A DNA stretch of 64,000 bases from Patescibacteria group bacterium (GTDB taxonomy: Bacteria; Patescibacteriota; Microgenomatia; UBA10105; UBA927), in the NCBI GenBank assembly GCA_049322955.1, contig JBMOPU010000033.1, positions 128,784 through 192,783 of the forward strand, written 5' to 3'. The notes under the pieces were generated by a model. The model was not told where the DNA came from. It saw only the letters and a program-made list of their open reading frames with translations, and ran no database searches. Shown piece by piece: positions 19,610 through 30,286 of the stretch. How positions within the stretch are numbered: position 1 is the stretch's first letter; each line of letters opens with the position of its first letter. Made by a program: the position numbers and the translations under genes.

Positions 19610-19939
19610 ATGAAAACGAAGAAACAGATGCGATTGAAACGAAAATTGACTATCCGACGACGATTGAGCGGTACGCAAAGCCGTCCGAGAATGTCGATTT
19701 TCCGTTCAAATACCCGACTTTCGGCACAACTCATTGATGATGAAAAGGCGGTAACTGTCGTCTCAAGCTGGGTTAAGGGTAAAAATATCGCCGCGGCGGT
19801 AAAACTGGGAGAGACGATGGTTTCCCTTACAAAAGCAAAGAAAATCACCTCCATTGTTTTTGATCGATCGGGGTATCGGTATCACGGGGCGATCAAGGCA
19901 TTTGCGGAAACCCTGCGGAGCGGAGGATTAGTTTTCTAA
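19610..19939 (+). CDS. rplR: 50S ribosomal protein L18
   Basis: RPRMSIFRSN, AQLIDD, FDRSGYRYHG. Confidence 0.96.
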   Translation: MKTKKQMRLKRKLTIRRRLSGTQSRPRMSIFRSNTRLSAQLIDDEKAVTVVSSWVKGKNIAAAVKLGETMVSLTKAKKITSIVFDRSGYRYHGAIKAFAETLRSGGLVF

Positions 19940-19952
19940 AAAGGAGCATATT

Positions 19953-20429
19953 ATGATGAACACGCGAAGACAAGAAAACAGACCGCCGAGTGAATTCGAT
20001 GAGAAAGTCGTTCAGGTCAATCGGGTATCGAAGAAGACCAAAGGCGGCAACAAGATCGGGTTTTCCGTACTCGTCGTCGTCGGTGACAAAAAAGGACGGG
20101 TCGGTGCCGGGTTAGGCGGCGCCCCTGATGTTTCCGCCGCAGTCAAAAAAGCGGTGATTTATGCAAGAAAGCATTTGGTGACGGTGCCGATGAATAAATC
20201 AACGATACCGCACGTGGTTTTTGTGAAACTCGGAGCGGCGAAGATCATGTTGAAGCCAGCTCCTGCGGGAACCGGCGTTATCGCGGGAGGACCCGTTCGT
20301 GCGGTGGTTGAGGCCGCCGGTATCCGGGATATCGTCTCAAAGATTCTGGGAACCAGTAACAAAGCATCCAACGTCTATGCTACGATAGAAGCTCTGAAAC
20401 AATTAAAGGCGATAAAAGCCGCAAAATAA
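19953..20429 (+). CDS. rpsE: 30S ribosomal protein S5
   Basis: NRVSKKTKGG, PAPAGTGVIAGG. Confidence 0.98.
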   Translation: MMNTRRQENRPPSEFDEKVVQVNRVSKKTKGGNKIGFSVLVVVGDKKGRVGAGLGGAPDVSAAVKKAVIYARKHLVTVPMNKSTIPHVVFVKLGAAKIMLKPAPAGTGVIAGGPVRAVVEAAGIRDIVSKILGTSNKASNVYATIEALKQLKAIKAAK

Positions 20430-20433
20430 TTCT

Positions 20434-20859
20434 ATGATACACACAATGCCAACTACCGTTGATCGTTCACACAAGCGCCTCGGACGGGGTCACGGATCAG
20501 GCCGAGGAAAGACGTCCGGGCGAGGAACAAAAGGGCAGAAGGCCCGGGGTACGATTCCTCCGCATTTTGAAGGAGGTCAGCTTTCCGTGATGAAGCGGTT
20601 GCCGTATCTTCGCGGAAAACAGAGAAACAAATCGCATCACGAAAAACCCGCGCGCGTACAAGTACAGCAACTTGCCGTTCTCTCCGCAGGATCAAAAGTG
20701 ACGCTTGAATTGTTGAAAAAGCATGACTTGGTTCCCGCCGATGCCTATGCGGCAAAGATACTCGGGAACGGAAAACTCGACGTTGCATTGACCGTTCAGG
20801 TTGCCTGTTCTCAGGGAGCTAAAACGATCATAGAAAAAGCCGGCGGAACGGTTGCGTAA
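20434..20859 (+). CDS. rplO: 50S ribosomal protein L15
   Basis: [35 protein letters not shown]. Confidence 0.98.
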   Translation: MIHTMPTTVDRSHKRLGRGHGSGRGKTSGRGTKGQKARGTIPPHFEGGQLSVMKRLPYLRGKQRNKSHHEKPARVQVQQLAVLSAGSKVTLELLKKHDLVPADAYAAKILGNGKLDVALTVQVACSQGAKTIIEKAGGTVA

Positions 20860-20900
20860 TACGGGCCTTGCGTTTTCCTGATCTCAGGAATACAAATGGT

Positions 20901-22190
20901 ATGAATTCACTTTTGACTGCGCTTGTTAATAGTTGGAAGTCACCTGAACTGCGAAGGAAAATACTTCTCACCGCACTGATTTTTGTCATATTCCGAATAT
21001 TTGCCCATACTCCGATTCCCGGTATTGATCGGGATAAGCTGGCGCTTCTCTTTTCCCAGAATCAATTTTTGGGGCTTTTGGATATATTTTCTGGAGGAAC
21101 GCTTGTTAATTTTTCGATTCTTGCCTTGGGACTTAATCCGTATATCAATGCTTCCATCGTATTACAGCTTCTGACGATTGTATTTCCGAAACTTGAAGCA
21201 CTCCAAAAGGAAGGCGAATACGGCCGGGAAAAAATCAACCAATATACCCGTTTTCTTGCCGTTCCTCTTGCCGCCATGCAGGCGGTGGGTATGTACGTGT
21301 TATTGCGAAACCAGGGGATTGTCGGCGTTCTCGATCCGTTAACGCTTATCTCCATCGTGCTCACCATGACCGCAGGTACGTTGTTTGTGATGTGGCTCGG
21401 CGAACTCATCACCGAGTACGGGGTGGGTAACGGAATATCGCTTCTTATTTTTGCCGGTATCGTGGGAAGGCTTCCCGTGGTGCTATTCCAAACGGCAAGC
21501 ACGTTCCAACCGGAACAGCTCATGAATATGGTGATATTCGGCGTGGTTGCGCTGGTCGTGATTGCGGGAACCGTATTTATGAATGAGGCGGTGCGTCGTA
21601 TTCCCGTGCATTATGCGCGACGAATCCGCGGCAACCGCATGTACGGAGGCAATACCTCATACCTTCCGCTTCGTGTTAACCAGGCCGGCGTTATTCCCAT
21701 TATCTTTGCGGTCTCGTTAGTGCTTATCCCGTCGCTTTTGGGGGGATTCATGCAACAGCTTAGGAATCCGACGCTTGCCGGTATCGGAAGATTTTTCACG
21801 ACGGCATTTAATCCCGACGGCATTTCCTATAACGTGATTTACTTTTTCCTGGTGCTCGGTTTTACGTATTTTTATACCGCAATTACCTTTAATCCCACAA
21901 AGATAGCCGGAGAAATTCAAAAATACGGCGGCTTTATCCCCGGCATCAGACCGGGAACACCGACGGCAAATTATTTAAACTATATTCTGACAAGAATAAC
22001 GCTTGCGGGCGCATTGTTTTTAGGCGTCTTGGCGGTATTTCCTTCCATAGCACGAAGTATTTCGGGGTTGTCAACGTTACTTGTCGGAGGCACGGGGGTA
22101 TTAATCGTTGTCTCCGTCGTATTGGAAACCGTGAAGGCACTCGAAGCGCAACTTGTCATGCGCAACTATGAGGGTTTCATGGATAAATAG
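20901..22190 (+). CDS. secY: Preprotein translocase subunit SecY
   Basis: [42 protein letters not shown]; start at ATG 20901. Confidence 0.98.
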   Translation: MNSLLTALVNSWKSPELRRKILLTALIFVIFRIFAHTPIPGIDRDKLALLFSQNQFLGLLDIFSGGTLVNFSILALGLNPYINASIVLQLLTIVFPKLEALQKEGEYGREKINQYTRFLAVPLAAMQAVGMYVLLRNQGIVGVLDPLTLISIVLTMTAGTLFVMWLGELITEYGVGNGISLLIFAGIVGRLPVVLFQTASTFQPEQLMNMVIFGVVALVVIAGTVFMNEAVRRIPVHYARRIRGNRMYGGNTSYLPLRVNQAGVIPIIFAVSLVLIPSLLGGFMQQLRNPTLAGIGRFFTTAFNPDGISYNVIYFFLVLGFTYFYTAITFNPTKIAGEIQKYGGFIPGIRPGTPTANYLNYILTRITLAGALFLGVLAVFPSIARSISGLSTLLVGGTGVLIVVSVVLETVKALEAQLVMRNYEGFMDK

Positions 22191-22193
22191 TCT

Positions 22194-22269
22194 TTTTGTC
22201 ATTCCGGGCGTGATCCGGAATCTCTCAGGTGAGCCGGATGGATCCTGAAACAAGTTCAGGATGACAAAA
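22194..22269. repeat. REP-like palindromic element, copy 1
   Basis: Terminal IR TTTTGTCAT/ATGACAAAA enclosing two internal hairpins; diverged inverted copy at 52839-52909. Confidence 0.75.
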
Positions 22270-22288
22270 GAAAGGAATTACAGTAATT

Positions 22289-22834
22289 ATGAAAGTGATA
22301 CTTATCGGTATTCAGGGGTCGGGAAAATCGACACAAGGAAATATTTTAAGCGAGAAATTACACGTGCCGTATTTATCGAGCGGACACATCTTCCGCCAGA
22401 TGTCGCAGGAAAAAACGGCATGGGGAAGATACGTCAAGGAGACACTCAATGCGGGCTTTCTTATCCCGGACGAAAAAGCGATCCCCATCATCGAAGAATA
22501 TCTGGCAAAACCCGAATATAAAAACGGGTATATTCTTGACGGGTTTCCCCGAACCACAAAACAGGCGGAAGACTTTACCAACGGGGTTGATAAGGTCATT
22601 TATCTTAAAGTATCCGATAAGGAAGCGTTATGGCGATTAAGCGGTCGGATTGAAGAAGGAGTACGAGAAGATAACACGCTTCAGGCGATCAGAAACCGTA
22701 TTCAGCTTTTTCATGACGTGACGGAGCCGGTGCTCCATTACTACCGTGATCACGGAAGACTTCTTGAGGTTGATGGCGAGCAATCCATCGAAGAAGTCAC
22801 CTCTAAAATTCTCTCAGGTCTGGGGGTGTCGTGA
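22289..22834 (+). CDS. adk: Adenylate kinase
   Basis: GIQGSGKSTQ, ILDGFPRT..QA, REDN; follows secY. Confidence 0.92.
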   Translation: MKVILIGIQGSGKSTQGNILSEKLHVPYLSSGHIFRQMSQEKTAWGRYVKETLNAGFLIPDEKAIPIIEEYLAKPEYKNGYILDGFPRTTKQAEDFTNGVDKVIYLKVSDKEALWRLSGRIEEGVREDNTLQAIRNRIQLFHDVTEPVLHYYRDHGRLLEVDGEQSIEEVTSKILSGLGVS

Positions 22835-23382
22835 AAAAAAACACGTATGTCGCAATCGTGGGGCTTCCCGGTTCCGGGAAGACCGTTGCCGCCCAATTTT
22901 TCCGACTTCGCGGTTTTTCCGTTCTTCGTTTCGGTGATGTCACCGACTCGGGGCTTGCCGAGTTAGGTCTGCCGCTCACCGAAGCCAATGAACGCAAATA
23001 CCGTGAGGAAATACGCGCAAAATTGGGTATGGGTGCGATGGCAATAAAGATCGAACCGCGTATCAGGGAAGCGGAAAAAACTTCGTCCCGTATAGCACTC
23101 GACGGCATGCGGAGTTTTGAAGAATACGTATATCTTAAGGAAAAATTTCCCGGTCTTGTCGTGTTATCGGTGTATGCCTCACCCGCTATCCGCTACGCAC
23201 GGCTTGCCGCACGGAAGGAACGACCGCTTACGCCGACAGAATCACAATCAAGAGATTACGCGGAAATAGAAAATTTACACTCGGGTGGTCCGATTGCCAT
23301 GGCGGATTATGTCATAAAAAATGAAAGTACCCCTGAAGCATTTGAGGCATCTCTTACCGAATTTTTAGCGACACTCTCATGA
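22831..23382 (+). CDS. P-loop NMP-kinase-fold protein (UPF0200/dephospho-CoA kinase-like)
   Basis: GLPGSGKT, RFGDV, LDGMRSFEE, IAMADYVIKNE. Confidence 0.7.
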   Translation: MKKNTYVAIVGLPGSGKTVAAQFFRLRGFSVLRFGDVTDSGLAELGLPLTEANERKYREEIRAKLGMGAMAIKIEPRIREAEKTSSRIALDGMRSFEEYVYLKEKFPGLVVLSVYASPAIRYARLAARKERPLTPTESQSRDYAEIENLHSGGPIAMADYVIKNESTPEAFEASLTEFLATLS

Positions 23383-24152
23383 AATCGGAAAACACCAACC
23401 AAAAAATAACGGCAATGCGGGAAGGGGGCGCGGTGCTCGGCGCCATATTGGATGAACTTCTCGACATCGCGGCTCCGGGAATTGCACTCCTGGAACTTGA
23501 ACAAATCGCACAAAAAAGGATAAAGGCCGCGGGCATGAAACCGTCGTTTTCCACCGTGGCGGATTATCAATGGGCGACCTGCCTGTGTGTGAATGATGTC
23601 ATCGTGCACGGTATTCCCACAAACTATGTGCTTACCGAAGGAGATCTGTTAACGATAGACATAGGTCTAATCAATCGCGGCTATCACACGGATACCGCCT
23701 GGTCAAAAGTTATCGGAGGTCCGGGATACCGGGTAAAACCCGACGTAGAGAAATTTTTGGCTACCGGAAAGGAAGCGCTCCAAAAGGCGATTGGTGAGGC
23801 ACGGCACGGAAATCATGTCGGCCATATATCGAAAATGTTACAGACGATCGTAGAAGGTGCGGGATACGGTATCGTTCGGCCGCTCGTCGGACACGGAGTA
23901 GGGAAAACGCTTCATGAAGAACCGCAAATACCGGGGTTTCTGAAAGGCGCGATAGAAAAAACGCCGAAATTGATAAGCGGCATGACCGTGGCTATTGAAG
24001 TTATCTATACCATGGGAAATCCCACCGTTTATTATCACGAAGACGGTTGGTCGATTGCCACGCGCGACCACTCGCTTTCGGCGGTCTTTGAACAAACCAT
24101 TGCCATAACCGAGAATGAGCCGACTATTCTGACACCCCCGCATGCGGTATGA
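23379..24152 (+). CDS. map: Methionine aminopeptidase type I
   Basis: CVNDVIVHGIP, IDIG, DTA, GHGVG..LHEEP, AIE. Confidence 0.96.
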   Translation: MKSENTNQKITAMREGGAVLGAILDELLDIAAPGIALLELEQIAQKRIKAAGMKPSFSTVADYQWATCLCVNDVIVHGIPTNYVLTEGDLLTIDIGLINRGYHTDTAWSKVIGGPGYRVKPDVEKFLATGKEALQKAIGEARHGNHVGHISKMLQTIVEGAGYGIVRPLVGHGVGKTLHEEPQIPGFLKGAIEKTPKLISGMTVAIEVIYTMGNPTVYYHEDGWSIATRDHSLSAVFEQTIAITENEPTILTPPHAV

Positions 24153-24162
24153 TGCGCATCAC

Positions 24163-24191
24163 TTGACGCAACCTTCATTGCGTATTACGCT
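24163..24191 (+). promoter_or_regulatory. Promoter for the phosphodiesterase-family gene
   Basis: TTGACG-17 nt-TACGCT, 9 nt before ATG 24201. Confidence 0.5.
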
Positions 24192-24200
24192 TGGTGCAGA

Positions 24201-26204
24201 ATGAAGAAACTTCTTTTGTTTGTCGCATTGCTTCTTATCGTCGTTTCCGGGTATCGCTACACGCAGGGAAAAACAGGATCCGCAGGATCACCAAAGGTGA
24301 AGTTGTATTGGTTTATTCCTGACGGGATGCGTGCAGAACCGGATCTGTTTAATATTTACGCATGGGCAAAGGAAGGGAAGCTCCCCAATATCAAGAGACT
24401 CATGGATCGGGGCACCTACGGGTACTCATATCCTAATTTCCCCAGTCATACTCCGACGAATTTTGCGACGCTTTTAACGGGATCCATGCCGGAGGTCCAT
24501 GGGGTCGATGACGGTCCGATGCGGGAAGTAGGCAAACCGCTGGACGCCGTGGCGGTTCCCGGATTCCGATCGACCGCAAAAAAAGTCGCTCCGATTTGGA
24601 AAACCCTTGAAGAAGCGGGAATGAAGGTTGCCGTCCTATCTGTTCCCGGGAGTACCCCTCCCGAGATTCAAAAAGGAGTGGTCATTCGCGGCCGTTGGGG
24701 AGGATGGGGGGCGGATTTTGCGTCGTTGAACTTTGAAACGCTCGGCGATCTTACCCAACGAAAAAAACAGGGAAGGGCAACCAAGTTGTTCTTTTTCGGA
24801 CCCCAGCTTACCCAGTATATCGATAGTGTTGCACCCACCGGGTGGGAAAATCCGCCGATGAGTTTTTCTGATGCATCTGAAGTCACGCTTACCGGTTGGG
24901 GAACGCCGGTGTATGCCTATATCTATGACAGTACCAATGACGGCAAGAAAAACCCGGATCATGTACTCTTTTCGCTCGATAAAAAAACACCCCTCGGTGA
25001 TATCACTCCCGGTAGTTGGACCGACTGGCATCCGATCACCCTTACCTGGAAAACGGCGGATGCCGCAGTACCCGTCGCTTCGCATGTAAAAGCGGGTGTC
25101 ATAAAGCTGGGAGATAACGGTTTCTTCCGGATGCGGCTTTTGTATGACGCCTTAAACAAGAATATTACGTTCCCGGAAACCGCCGCTGACGTACTGCAAA
25201 AATCCGTGGGTCCCATGACCGATTTTGCAGACAATTTCCCTGCCCAGCTTATTTACTATCCGGAAGATAAGAAAGCGTTTATGGATGAGGCAAAATTATC
25301 CTTTGATTGGCATACCAAAGCGGTGGGAACGATGGTGAAAAACTTCACCCCCGATGTCGTTATTCATGATATCTACACGCCAAACCAAATGCTTACGAGT
25401 AAGTGGTGGATGGGCGGCATTGATCCCAAGAGCGCAACGTACAATACGATGGCTTCCGCGGATCGGGAAAAGCTTTGGCGTGAGGTGCAGGATATGTATG
25501 TGAATCTCGACACGATGGTCGGTGAAATTCTCAAGGTAGCCGATGCCAACACCTACATCGTGGTGAGTAGTGATCACGGTGCTGTTCCGCTTGATAGAAG
25601 CGTGAATCTTAACAATGTGTTTGCGAAGAAAGGGTGGTTGAAGTTTGCGATCGATCCCAAGACCGGGGAGCCGATTATTGATTGGGAGAAATCAACGGTA
25701 ATGTACCTCAAAATGGCACATGTCTACGTCAATCCAAACGGACTTGCCGGCAAATATACCCGGGCAAGCGGTCCCGCCTATGACGCATTGCGAAACGAGG
25801 TTATCGAAACGCTGAACAATCTTGCCGATGAAAACGGAACAAAGCCCGTCGTTGATATCGTCAAATGGGAAGATGCAAAGGCATATATGCAACTTGATCC
25901 CGATAGGATCGGAGATCTTGTCGTCGCCAATGCTCCCGGCTACGGATGGAATGAGGAAATGACCGCCGATCTTGCCTTCTTCTCTGTTCCCTCTGTCGCG
26001 GGATACAAACAGGCGATCAAAGCAATAGATGTTCCCGGTATGTGGACGCCGTTTATTATGGCGGGTCCGGGTATAAAGAAAAATAATTTTTTGGGGGACA
26101 AGCCGTTCTCGCTTATCCAACAATACCCCACCATCATGAAAGCGCTGGGAGTTGAGATACCGACGTTTGTTCAGGGGAAGCCGCTTGAAATATTCGGCAG
26201 ATAA
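24201..26204 (+). CDS. Alkaline phosphatase superfamily protein (nucleotide pyrophosphatase/phosphodiesterase-like), exported
   Basis: Signal/anchor; IPDGMR, GKLPNIKRL, HTPTNFATLLTG, VSSDHG, PFIMAGPGI. Confidence 0.82.
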   Translation: MKKLLLFVALLLIVVSGYRYTQGKTGSAGSPKVKLYWFIPDGMRAEPDLFNIYAWAKEGKLPNIKRLMDRGTYGYSYPNFPSHTPTNFATLLTGSMPEVHGVDDGPMREVGKPLDAVAVPGFRSTAKKVAPIWKTLEEAGMKVAVLSVPGSTPPEIQKGVVIRGRWGGWGADFASLNFETLGDLTQRKKQGRATKLFFFGPQLTQYIDSVAPTGWENPPMSFSDASEVTLTGWGTPVYAYIYDSTNDGKKNPDHVLFSLDKKTPLGDITPGSWTDWHPITLTWKTADAAVPVASHVKAGVIKLGDNGFFRMRLLYDALNKNITFPETAADVLQKSVGPMTDFADNFPAQLIYYPEDKKAFMDEAKLSFDWHTKAVGTMVKNFTPDVVIHDIYTPNQMLTSKWWMGGIDPKSATYNTMASADREKLWREVQDMYVNLDTMVGEILKVADANTYIVVSSDHGAVPLDRSVNLNNVFAKKGWLKFAIDPKTGEPIIDWEKSTVMYLKMAHVYVNPNGLAGKYTRASGPAYDALRNEVIETLNNLADENGTKPVVDIVKWEDAKAYMQLDPDRIGDLVVANAPGYGWNEEMTADLAFFSVPSVAGYKQAIKAIDVPGMWTPFIMAGPGIKKNNFLGDKPFSLIQQYPTIMKALGVEIPTFVQGKPLEIFGR

Positions 26205-26212
26205 CGAATCGG

Positions 26213-26797
26213 TTATTCATTGCAGGAAAGGGCGTTTATCCTATCCGTGAATTCTTTTTCATGGGAAGTGAATTCCTGCGTTTCCGCAATGAGCTCGAGT
26301 TTGATGAGGAGTGATGATTTCGGACAATACAAAAAACCCATAATCCCCCTATACACCGCCTGATCCTGTGAACAGGAGCCGAATGTCAGACGATTGTTTA
26401 AAAAACCCGTAAAGTAACGGATCCCGTTTGCTTCCGTATAGCGAGGGATATACCGGTCGTCGCAAACGATCGCATCGGAGATTTCCCCGGGGTAAGGAGC
26501 CGGGGCCTTTTCAAAAAGAGCTTTCATGCGCGAGACGGCACCGTCAAGTTCCTGATCCGCTTGTTGTTTCAGCGTTTTTTTTGCTTCAATGCGAAGAAGG
26601 GAAGATGGTGACTCATAGAGCGCGCGATAGGTGTCAGCGGTATCAGCATACTCTTCTTTCAGATGAAATATCGTTCGGTTTGGTATGGTGATGCAAGTGA
26701 GATTTTCACATAGTGATACGGGAGAAATAAATCTGTCGCGGGCAAAAATTGCGAGAGCACCTGCGAGCAAAATATACATGATGACGCGAGTAGTCAT
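26213..26797 (-). CDS. Hypothetical exported Cys-containing protein
   Basis: N-terminal hydrophobic segment, APYPGEIS; TATACT 5 nt upstream of ATG. Confidence 0.65.
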   Translation of the reverse strand: MTTRVIMYILLAGALAIFARDRFISPVSLCENLTCITIPNRTIFHLKEEYADTADTYRALYESPSSLLRIEAKKTLKQQADQELDGAVSRMKALFEKAPAPYPGEISDAIVCDDRYIPRYTEANGIRYFTGFLNNRLTFGSCSQDQAVYRGIMGFLYCPKSSLLIKLELIAETQEFTSHEKEFTDRINALSCNE

Positions 26798-26848
26798 AGG
26801 CGAGTATATATACTATAGTTGACTGTAGCACATTTTTGATTCGTCGCA

Positions 26849-28219
26849 ATGAAATCGTTAGCACTTTCGGTTCGTTTTTTGTACGGTATTCTCGGAGGAG
26901 TCTTTATCCTTTGTTCATTATTGCTTTTTTCTTTTTTTCGCCGCGATGATTCCTCGTTATCCTGTAAAGATTGCAATATCATATTTATTGAAATAGACCC
27001 GCTTCGTGCAGATGCCCTTAAAAGCACCGGAGGAATGAGAGAAGCACCGACGCTTGACGCATTGGCCAAGCGGGGGTATACGTTCACAAATGCCGTTGCC
27101 GCATCGTCCTGGACGTTGCCGTCTGCAATGAGTCTGATGACGGGTGTGTATCCATCACGGCACGGCATCATTAACAAAGAACTTTTGCGTGATTCCCCGA
27201 ATAAGGAAATTATTCCGGCATCACTGCAAGTAACGGCTCCGCATATTACTCCCTTGGTGACACTATTTCGTTCGCACGGATACGCAACCGGCGGTTTTGC
27301 CGGAGGAGCGGCGCTTGATCCCTCCTACGGATTTGCCGACGGCTTTGACGTGTATGAGAGCCCGGGAGATTTTGAGGATATAGCAAGCTCGTCGGCAAAA
27401 GCGATCGACTTTATACGGAAGAATAAAAATAAAAAAATCTTTGTGTTTCTTCACGGATTTGATGTGCACGGGCAATATATGCCCCCGCAAGGGTTGGATA
27501 AGCGGTTTGTTTCTTCTTCCTATAAGGGATCATTGATCGGAAATACGGTTGAACAAAAAGAACTCCGGGAGCAGGGGGTACGTCAGGGGTCAGTCTACAT
27601 CACCGATGATGATGCCATGTTTCTCCGGGCTATTTATGACGAAAAAGTTTCGCTTATGGATGCACGAATCGGGGAATTTCTCGCGGCGTACCATGCATTG
27701 GGATTGGAACAAAAAACCGTTATCGTTTTCAGTTCCCATCATGGAGAAGAATTTTATGAGCATGGGCGAATTGATCACGGTATGACGCTGTATGACGAGG
27801 TCCTCCGGGTACCGCTTATCGTCGTGCTTCCCGGTGGAGCAAAAGGAAAACGCATTGATCGTCAGGTAAGAAATGTTGATATCCTTCCCACTATTCTTGA
27901 TATTGTCGGTATACCAATACCCGCACGCATGGCGGAGTTGATCGACGGAGTAAGCGTGGTTCCTCTTATGCGGGGGAAAGAGTTGAAACTTGATGCCATT
28001 TCGGAAACAAGCTATCGATATGCGACGTTTCAGACTTCACTGAGGGGTGAAAACGGCTGGAAAATTATCTATGACAGGGAACAACAAGTAAAAAAGCTCT
28101 ATCATTACGCGGTCGACCCGGGAGAAGTCAACGACCGGTACGGTCAAAATGAGCCGGCTGAACAATCGTTAGTCAACAGGATACTGCAACACATAAACGG
28201 TGTCGCCGTCAAGCGATGA
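26849..28219 (+). CDS. Sulfatase-like hydrolase/transferase, membrane-anchored
   Basis: NIIFIEIDPLRAD, WTLPSAMSLMTGVYPSRHG, HGEEFYEHG, DILPTILD, DPGE. Confidence 0.85.
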   Translation: MKSLALSVRFLYGILGGVFILCSLLLFSFFRRDDSSLSCKDCNIIFIEIDPLRADALKSTGGMREAPTLDALAKRGYTFTNAVAASSWTLPSAMSLMTGVYPSRHGIINKELLRDSPNKEIIPASLQVTAPHITPLVTLFRSHGYATGGFAGGAALDPSYGFADGFDVYESPGDFEDIASSSAKAIDFIRKNKNKKIFVFLHGFDVHGQYMPPQGLDKRFVSSSYKGSLIGNTVEQKELREQGVRQGSVYITDDDAMFLRAIYDEKVSLMDARIGEFLAAYHALGLEQKTVIVFSSHHGEEFYEHGRIDHGMTLYDEVLRVPLIVVLPGGAKGKRIDRQVRNVDILPTILDIVGIPIPARMAELIDGVSVVPLMRGKELKLDAISETSYRYATFQTSLRGENGWKIIYDREQQVKKLYHYAVDPGEVNDRYGQNEPAEQSLVNRILQHINGVAVKR

Positions 28220-28220
28220 T

Positions 28221-29840
28221 ATGAAGAACTTCAGACCTTTCCTAGTTATGCTCTTGGGAATCTCGGGAGTTGCCGTTCTGTTGTATGGACGGCAAATTAC
28301 CGAAAGTGTACGCAAAACGTCACTCCTCAACCGTACCATACGACACGCGCTGACGAAGAAACCTCCTTGTCCTGAGTGCAATATTTTGCTGATAAATTTG
28401 GATACCCTGCGTCCGTCCGAGATGCCCTGTTACGGATATTTCCGTGATACGTCTCCCAATTTATGCGCGTATGCGGCGAGTAATCAACGTTTCACTAACT
28501 TTTACACTCAAACCTCCTTTACTCTGGATAGCCATATGTCTATTTTTACCGGCCTATATCCTTCCACGCACCATATGGTTGAAGCGCTCAAGGATTTTTT
28601 GAATCCCGCTATACCGACGCTCGCGAAAACTTTGAAAGACAACGGATATCACACGGTGTGGGCGGGAGTAACCGATGACGTGAACCTTCCGCTTGACCGT
28701 GGTATGGGTACGGGATTTGATGAATTTTATACCTTGGACGGCAAAGAACCGGATTGGGTGAGCAAATACGTAAAACTGCTCCCGAAATTTTTGGAAGATA
28801 AGCCGACGTTTATGTTTCTTCATTCTTACGGAGTGCATTCACCGTATTTGGTAGGAAAGGGGCCGTACCGTTTTCTGACCCGCGTCAAACCGTCCGTTCC
28901 GCTGACGGAAGACGAATTTCAAGCAAAGTCACGCGGATTTTTTGAATTCGTTCTCGCCGAATTTACCGATCGGTTACGCGCAAGCAACACGAAAGAAAGT
29001 AAGGAGCGAAACGGAGCGATCGTACGAGAACTTTCCCGGGCGATACGCGCCAATGATCTGGATAAGGCGGAACAAATCACCTGGGAGTTCCCCGGATACG
29101 AAAGCTATAGCCTCTACATGAGCTGGTACTACCGACAGTTGTCGGAAGTGGGCACCGCCGTCGATGCCGCAACGATTGATTATTTAAAAACGCTGTACGA
29201 TGAACGAATTTATCAGGTGGATCAACAGCTTATGCCTCTTCTCGCCTTTCTTAATCGTCCCGAGGTAAAGAAAAAAACCATCGTTATATTCCTTTCCGAT
29301 AACGGTGAAGAATTTATGGAACACGGATTTTTGGATCACGGATGGAATATCTACAACACGGCGACGCATGCGCCTCTCATTCTTGCCGTTCCGGGGATGA
29401 AGAACGGTGTGCACCATGATTTAGTGCAGGCAATTGATATTATGCCGACGCTTTTGGATTTAGTCGGCATTCCCGCTCAAGGACCGATGGAGGGAATGAG
29501 CATTCTTCCGTTACTGGAAGGTCGGGGATTATCGTATATCGGTGAACGATATCTCATCGGCCAGTATAGCGGGGGTGATATTGTCTCGATACGAAATAAT
29601 CGCTGGAAGATGTACAAAAATACGAGACCTCGTGCTTATGTCGAGCTGTTCGATTTACTGAAAGATCCATTGGAGCAGAATAATGTCTTAGGTGAGCATT
29701 TGGACATAGCGGGGCGTCTGGATGAGGTCCTGACACGTCAATTGAATGCATCGCCCAAATATGCACCAGTTACGGGGGATTTCCCCAGTTGGCTGGATGA
29801 GGAAAAGCGAAATAGCCTCAAAAATGCGGGGTATTTTTAG
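28221..29840 (+). CDS. Sulfatase-like hydrolase/transferase, membrane-anchored
   Basis: [59 protein letters not shown]; start at ATG 28221. Confidence 0.85.
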   Translation: MKNFRPFLVMLLGISGVAVLLYGRQITESVRKTSLLNRTIRHALTKKPPCPECNILLINLDTLRPSEMPCYGYFRDTSPNLCAYAASNQRFTNFYTQTSFTLDSHMSIFTGLYPSTHHMVEALKDFLNPAIPTLAKTLKDNGYHTVWAGVTDDVNLPLDRGMGTGFDEFYTLDGKEPDWVSKYVKLLPKFLEDKPTFMFLHSYGVHSPYLVGKGPYRFLTRVKPSVPLTEDEFQAKSRGFFEFVLAEFTDRLRASNTKESKERNGAIVRELSRAIRANDLDKAEQITWEFPGYESYSLYMSWYYRQLSEVGTAVDAATIDYLKTLYDERIYQVDQQLMPLLAFLNRPEVKKKTIVIFLSDNGEEFMEHGFLDHGWNIYNTATHAPLILAVPGMKNGVHHDLVQAIDIMPTLLDLVGIPAQGPMEGMSILPLLEGRGLSYIGERYLIGQYSGGDIVSIRNNRWKMYKNTRPRAYVELFDLLKDPLEQNNVLGEHLDIAGRLDEVLTRQLNASPKYAPVTGDFPSWLDEEKRNSLKNAGYF

Positions 29841-29855
29841 GCACCAGCAGGCGTG

Positions 29856-29884
29856 TTGACCAATCGGCGATTATAGGGTACAAT
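29856..29884 (+). promoter_or_regulatory. Promoter for infA-rpmJ-alpha operon
   Basis: TTGACC-17 nt-TACAAT. Confidence 0.7.
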
Positions 29885-29938
29885 AAGAGTCTTCAACAAA
29901 TTCCCTCTCTAACTAAGAGGGAAGTTTGTTGTTATAAT

Positions 29939-30157
29939 ATGGCGCATCAGGGGAATATAGAGATAGACGGGGAAGTGGTAGAATGTCTGCCGAATACATT
30001 GTTCCGAGTTAAACTCGCCAATGGCCATATCGTGTTGTGTCATCTTTCGGGGAAAATGCGATTGCATTTCATCCGCATTATGCCGGGTGACCGGGTAAAG
30101 TTGGAGATGACACCGTACGATCCGGCAAAGGGAAGAATTACCTATCGGTTGAAGTAA
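29939..30157 (+). CDS. infA: Translation initiation factor IF-1
   Basis: [29 protein letters not shown]. Confidence 0.98.
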   Translation: MAHQGNIEIDGEVVECLPNTLFRVKLANGHIVLCHLSGKMRLHFIRIMPGDRVKLEMTPYDPAKGRITYRLK

Positions 30158-30164
30158 CGATTGT

Positions 30165-30278
30165 ATGAAAGTTCGAGCAAGTATTAAACCAATGTGTAGA
30201 AAATGTAAAATCGTCCGCAGACGAGGACGGGTTTATATCATTTGCGAGAACCCGAAACATAAACAGCGACAAGGATAA
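30165..30278 (+). CDS. rpmJ: 50S ribosomal protein L36 (absent from ORF track)
   Basis: Hand translation: [37 protein letters not shown]. Confidence 0.97.
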   Translation: MKVRASIKPMCRKCKIVRRRGRVYIICENPKHKQRQG

Positions 30279-30286
30279 AAACAACT

